Positions 59,997-64,000 of a DNA stretch of 64,000 nucleotides are shown here, in pieces. This DNA comes from Candidatus Kerfeldbacteria bacterium (GTDB lineage Bacteria > Patescibacteriota > Patescibacteriia > SBBC01 > CAIJZX01), in the NCBI GenBank assembly GCA_963731735.1, contig CAVSWO010000002.1, forward strand, positions 402,891-466,890, given 5' to 3'. How positions within the stretch are numbered: position 1 is the first letter of the stretch; each line of letters starts with the position of its first letter. Below the pieces are notes generated by a model. The model had not been told where the DNA came from and searched no databases. It worked only from the letters and a program-made list of their open reading frames with translations. Both the position numbers and the translations under genes were made by a program.

Positions 59997-62228
59997 ATGG
60001 CATCATCCGAACGCTCCCGACGCTCGCGCCGACGCGCTGAGCGCGAACAACCCGAAGCCACTCCGGCTGCGCCAATCGTTAGTCCCGAAACGCGACACGC
60101 GGTCGTGATTGTGGTGCTACTGACGGTGGCCGCGGTTGGGCTGTTGAGTGTTTTTGGATTTGCTGGAGTCATGGGCGAGGCCATCAGTAACGGCCTGGGC
60201 GTGTTGTTTGGTTGGCAGCGGTTTGTGATTCCGGTCTACATTGCGGTGATTGGATTTTTACTGCTGTTTCCGGAACGATTTCACCTTGGTCGGGGACGGT
60301 GGTTTGGCTTTGTGCTCTGGCTGCTGACCAGTGAAGCGCTGCTACACTACTCGATTTCCAATGATCAGGCTTTTCCGCAAGCTTTGCTCGGCGAAGGGGG
60401 CGGATATCTCGGAGCGTTGATGAGTTATCCGTTGCGCAGCGCACTCGGCGTCTGGGCCTCCGGGTTACTTTTCTTTGGGCTGTTGCTGACCAGCCTGATG
60501 GTTATGTTCAATTCCAGCCTGGCGAACTTGGCGCGATCGGGCACGGTATTCGGACGCTGGATGCAACGTTGGCAAACCGCTCGCTGGGATCGGAAATTGG
60601 AAAAGCAGCAGGCGCAGACGGCCGAAGATGAGTCCGAAGCTGATGGAGAACCCGTCGCTCCCGAATTTGCACAACGTGAAATCGCTAAAGCGGAGGCTGA
60701 CGAAGAGCCGGATGAAGAAATCGTGGTGGCGCCGTCGAAACCAAAAAAGCGGCCGCGCCAAGAAATTTCACTCCCGATCGATTTACTGGAACCGAGCACC
60801 GGTAAGCCAACCAGCGGCAATATCGAGGCCAACAAGGAAAAAATTCAACGCACCCTTGAGACCTTTGGAATTAGTGTTGCGATGGATGAAGTCAACGTCG
60901 GTCCAACCGTCACGCAATTCACCTTGAAGCCGGCTGAGGGAGTAAAACTTTCGCAGATCACATCGCTCAATAATGATTTGGCCCTGGCCTTAGCGGCGCA
61001 CCCAATTCGCATTGAAGCACCAATTCCCGGGAAGTCCTTAGTCGGTATTGAAGTGCCAAATCAAAGCGTGGCGATCGTTCAACTGCGCGAAATCCTGGCC
61101 TCAGAGGCCTTCAAGCAGCGTAATTCCGATTTGACGTTCAGTCTCGGGAAGGACGTCAGCGGGCGGCCATGGGTCGCTAACCTGGATCCGTTGCCGCACT
61201 TACTGGTGGCCGGTGCGACCGGCTCGGGTAAATCAGTTTTGATTAATGATTTACTGATCAGCTTGCTCTACGCGAATTCACCGGATGACTTAAAATTTAT
61301 TTTGGTCGACCCGAAGCGAGTGGAGTTGTCGTTATATAACGGTATCCCGCACTTGATGACCCCGGTGATTACCGATACCACGAAAACGATCAACGCCCTG
61401 CGCTGGATCGTCGGAGAAATGGATCGTCGATACGCCGTATTACAACAAGCCGGCAAGCGCAACATTGCGTCGTATCGGAAGGAAGTCAGCGATGATATGC
61501 CGTACCTGGTGCTGGTGATTGATGAGTTAGCCGATCTGATGGCCGTGGCCGCCAACGAAGTCGAAGCGGCGATTGTCCGGCTAGCCCAAATGGCCCGAGC
61601 GGTTGGTATTCACCTGGTACTAGCCACCCAGCGCCCATCCGTCGATGTCATCACCGGTTTAATTAAAGCCAATGTGACGGCCCGGATTGCCTTTAGCGTC
61701 GCCTCACAAATTGATTCGCGGACAATTCTGGACACCAGCGGCGCCGAAAAACTCCTCGGCCGCGGCGACATGCTGTTTGTGTCTTCGGATTTGAGTAAAC
61801 CCAAACGCCTGCAAGCGGCTTACGTTTCGGAAAAAGAAGTTGAACGGGTAGCCCAATTCCTCAAATCCCGCGGCCGGCCGGATTACCTACACGACGTTGT
61901 TGAAAAACCGGCGCCGGCCATCGGGCAGAGCATGGAGGATCTGGGCGACGATGAATTACTGCCGCAAGCGAAAGAAGTTATCCTCCAAGCGGATAAGGCC
62001 TCTGCATCATTGCTCCAGCGACGATTACGGGTGGGGTATGCCCGGGCCGCTCGGATTCTCGATTTGCTTGAAGAGGAGGGATTCATCGGGCCAGGCGAAG
62101 GCGCTAAACCGCGTGAAGTCCTTGGCCACCGATCAATGGATTCCCAGCCGTCGGCGGACATGCCGCCAGACACGGCGGCCGATTCGGATCCGGATGAAAC
62201 CACCGACGAATACGACGAGACCGCATGA
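59997..62228 (+). CDS. ftsK: DNA translocase FtsK/SpoIIIE
   Basis: N-terminal TM segments, AGATGSGKS Walker A motif, ATQRPSVDVITG, and a C-terminal gamma (KOPS-reading) domain. ATGCTACACT lies 9 nt upstream. Confidence 0.9.
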   Translation: MASSERSRRSRRRAEREQPEATPAAPIVSPETRHAVVIVVLLTVAAVGLLSVFGFAGVMGEAISNGLGVLFGWQRFVIPVYIAVIGFLLLFPERFHLGRGRWFGFVLWLLTSEALLHYSISNDQAFPQALLGEGGGYLGALMSYPLRSALGVWASGLLFFGLLLTSLMVMFNSSLANLARSGTVFGRWMQRWQTARWDRKLEKQQAQTAEDESEADGEPVAPEFAQREIAKAEADEEPDEEIVVAPSKPKKRPRQEISLPIDLLEPSTGKPTSGNIEANKEKIQRTLETFGISVAMDEVNVGPTVTQFTLKPAEGVKLSQITSLNNDLALALAAHPIRIEAPIPGKSLVGIEVPNQSVAIVQLREILASEAFKQRNSDLTFSLGKDVSGRPWVANLDPLPHLLVAGATGSGKSVLINDLLISLLYANSPDDLKFILVDPKRVELSLYNGIPHLMTPVITDTTKTINALRWIVGEMDRRYAVLQQAGKRNIASYRKEVSDDMPYLVLVIDELADLMAVAANEVEAAIVRLAQMARAVGIHLVLATQRPSVDVITGLIKANVTARIAFSVASQIDSRTILDTSGAEKLLGRGDMLFVSSDLSKPKRLQAAYVSEKEVERVAQFLKSRGRPDYLHDVVEKPAPAIGQSMEDLGDDELLPQAKEVILQADKASASLLQRRLRVGYARAARILDLLEEEGFIGPGEGAKPREVLGHRSMDSQPSADMPPDTAADSDPDETTDEYDETA

Positions 62229-62896
62229 GTTTTCAGCGCCGTGAATTACAAGGGCCAGCGACGCTGGGCCAGCGATTGCAGCAACTGCGCACAGAAGCCG
62301 GCTTGGCAGTCAATGATGTAGCCGAGCGAATTCATGTTGCGCCGAAGTACCTTACGGCGATTGAAGAGGGACGGTACCAAGATCTTCCCGGCCACGTCTA
62401 TGCGCGCAATTTCATTAAAAAATATGTCGCTTTAGTCCAACTAGACGCCCAAGCCGCGATGGAAAAATTTGACGAGGAGTATGCGGTCATCACCTCCGCT
62501 CGGCCCGCCAGTCGACCATTGATGGCTCAACGGGCGAAGACGGAGCTTCCGTGGTGGCGACGGCATTTTCGTTTATTGATTGCCGGCGCCACTGTGGCAT
62601 TGGTGCTGGTTTACCTGGGTTTGCAAGTGGTCAACTTGTTTCGTCCGCCGGAATTGATTATCAGCCGTCCGGATCATGATATTACCACTACCCATCGATC
62701 GATTGAAGTTACGGGTAAAACAGATCCGACCGCCAGCGTTACGATTAACCGGCAAGCCGTCGAGGTGGCTGACGACGGGTCATTTGACGAGATGGTCGAT
62801 TTGCAAATTGGACTGAACACCTTACGCATTGCCGCCGCCAAACCGCGAAGTCAGGAACGAATTGTGACCCGACAGATTTTGGTTGAAGAGCAATAA
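62225..62896 (+). CDS. RodZ-like HTH-TM protein
   Basis: XRE-type HTH (LGQRLQQLRTEAGLAVNDVAERI) followed by a TM helix and a C-terminal beta-rich domain. ATGA overlap with ftsK. Confidence 0.55.
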   Translation: MSFQRRELQGPATLGQRLQQLRTEAGLAVNDVAERIHVAPKYLTAIEEGRYQDLPGHVYARNFIKKYVALVQLDAQAAMEKFDEEYAVITSARPASRPLMAQRAKTELPWWRRHFRLLIAGATVALVLVYLGLQVVNLFRPPELIISRPDHDITTTHRSIEVTGKTDPTASVTINRQAVEVADDGSFDEMVDLQIGLNTLRIAAAKPRSQERIVTRQILVEEQ

Positions 62897-62954
62897 TGTA
62901 CGAATCGACAATCGGGGTGTAAACTTCAAGTATTACCTGGTAACTACTTGGCCC

Positions 62955-63332
62955 ATGATACATCAAGCACCCGTCGCGCCCGCCATTCCCGTGGTGGACA
63001 TGGAGCGCGCCAAAAAATTTTACCACGAGATGCTCGGTCTCGAGCTGGTTGAATCCCAGTCGATGGGTGGGGCAGTCTTTGCGGCTGGCGAAGGGACGAA
63101 GCTTTATCTGTATGAACGGGCGCCTTCAACGGCGGATCACACTCTAGCTGGATTTCAGGTGCAAGACATTGAAGAGGAGGTAGCTGACTTGTCGGCCAAG
63201 GGCGTGGAATTCTTAGAGTATGATACACCGCCAATTGTGACCGAAAACTCTATTGCGACGATTGGAAACCTGAAAGCGGCCTGGTTTAAGGACAGCGAGG
63301 GGAATATTCTGAGTATCAACCAGGCCAACTAA
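62955..63332 (+). CDS. VOC (glyoxalase/bleomycin-resistance) family protein
   Basis: VVDMERAKKFYHEMLGLELVE...FQVQDIEEE...AWFKDSEGNIL. Start uncertain; the ORF begins at 62883. Confidence 0.6.
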   Translation: MIHQAPVAPAIPVVDMERAKKFYHEMLGLELVESQSMGGAVFAAGEGTKLYLYERAPSTADHTLAGFQVQDIEEEVADLSAKGVEFLEYDTPPIVTENSIATIGNLKAAWFKDSEGNILSINQAN

Positions 63333-63341
63333 CGGAAAATC

Positions 63342-63377
63342 AAAAAAAGAAAAAGGGAGAAACTGTATAGCTTCTCC
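63342..63377 (-). terminator. rho-independent terminator (minus strand)
   Basis: An A-rich run precedes the gggagaa-actgtatagc-ttctccc hairpin on the plus strand. Confidence 0.55.
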
Positions 63378-63398
63378 CTAAACGTTTTCTGGAAAGTC

Positions 63399-63731
63399 CT
63401 ACTTCTGAACTACAACTGGCGGCAGCACATGTTGTCCCTCAAACAGCTTGGTGACCAGATAGTGTTCACCTGTGCTGTCGGGCACCACTGTGATCATCAG
63501 GCCGTGAAAGCCACCTTTCGGAACGACGTAGAGCGTGTCCCGGGACGCCAGCCGATACGGATGCTCGGGCAGGTTGGTTTCGTGGTAGGTCATGTTCCAC
63601 ACAGAACCTGCAACCAAGACCATCCCAAGGGTGACAAGAAAAGACACCAAGCCCTTCGAAGCTTGCGACCAAGCGAAAACAGTCGAAGCAATGATTGCGG
63701 CAACGCCCACACAAAGTAACGCAATCAACAT
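63399..63731 (-). CDS. membrane protein, hypothetical
   Basis: Two N-terminal TM helices (LIALLCVGVAAIIASTVFAW and LVSFLVTLGMVLVAGSVW). Confidence 0.45.
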   Translation of the reverse strand: MLIALLCVGVAAIIASTVFAWSQASKGLVSFLVTLGMVLVAGSVWNMTYHETNLPEHPYRLASRDTLYVVPKGGFHGLMITVVPDSTGEHYLVTKLFEGQHVLPPVVVQK

Positions 63732-63852
63732 TGATCCTCCACGGTTCAGGTTGAAAAACGAGCACTTTATTCTCTCTTGAACATTCCATATTTTCGTATC
63801 GAATGCTCGAGAGAAGCCAACTCACGGGCTGGCATTATCTCAAGGTGCGTTA

Positions 63853-64000
63853 CTGCCGGAGCTGCAGCGTACGGATCTCCTGCGCGTACTCGCGCACGGC
63901 CTCCTCGTCGCCGCACATGTCGGCGATGTCGAGATCCTGCATGAGGTCAGCAGTCCGATTTTCACGGCACGCAGGACACTCTCCCGAGACGGCCACGCAG
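63853..64000 (-). CDS. partial CDS (C-terminal fragment; ...DLMQDLDIADMCGDEEAVREYAQEIRTLQLRQ*), runs off the window
   Basis: Open frame to the window edge with stop TAA at 63853. High local GC. Confidence 0.25.

Overview
This 64-kb window is about 57% GC overall, with one ~4-kb stretch near 45% GC. Its gene content is that of an ordinary bacterial chromosome, but several of its features are unusual.

Main content:
- A 23S-5S rRNA unit lies on the minus strand with no linked 16S. Its 23S gene carries a ~772-nt group I intron at the E. coli-equivalent site ~1931. The intron encodes an 81-aa acidic ORF with a strong Shine-Dalgarno sequence (the ribosome-binding site) and no known homing-endonuclease motif.
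- Housekeeping genes are rfbB, rfbD, rfbA, polA, holA, rpsT, uvrB, ruvA, a murE-like ligase, rpoB, rpoC, ftsK, a RodZ-like gene, a family-1 glycoside hydrolase (GH1) beta-glucosidase and a CapA-family gene.
- Many of these sit 6-9 nt downstream of an extended -10 motif (TGnTAnnnT, often ATGCTACACT), so they are probably leaderless.
- Secreted or surface proteins are a 1367-aa protein with a GH43-like beta-propeller, SdrD/Cna-B-like, fibronectin type III and LysM domains; a protein with lamin-tail and PKD domains; a metzincin; a gingipain-like (clan CD) cysteine peptidase with a C-terminal type IX secretion sorting domain; and an FG-GAP repeat protein.
- There is a cluster of three type IV pilus minor-pilin genes, plus tRNA-Leu(TAG) and tRNA-Arg(CCG).
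- An IS3-family element abuts a low-GC island (PHP phosphoesterase, APH-family kinase, UXS-like epimerase, NUDIX hydrolase) that ends at tRNA-Arg.

Two candidates for a previously undescribed system:
- A sigma70 promoter plus a C-rich leader with an internal intrinsic terminator (an attenuator) drives a tandem array of three small, divergent paralogous proteins of about 80 aa. A fourth copy lies at 22835-23089.
- A ~210-nt candidate structured RNA is closed by an 11-bp long-range helix and ends in a terminator.

I also flag an ORF-poor region dense in palindromes, three tiny hyper-acidic ORFs, and an operator-like palindrome over the holA promoter.
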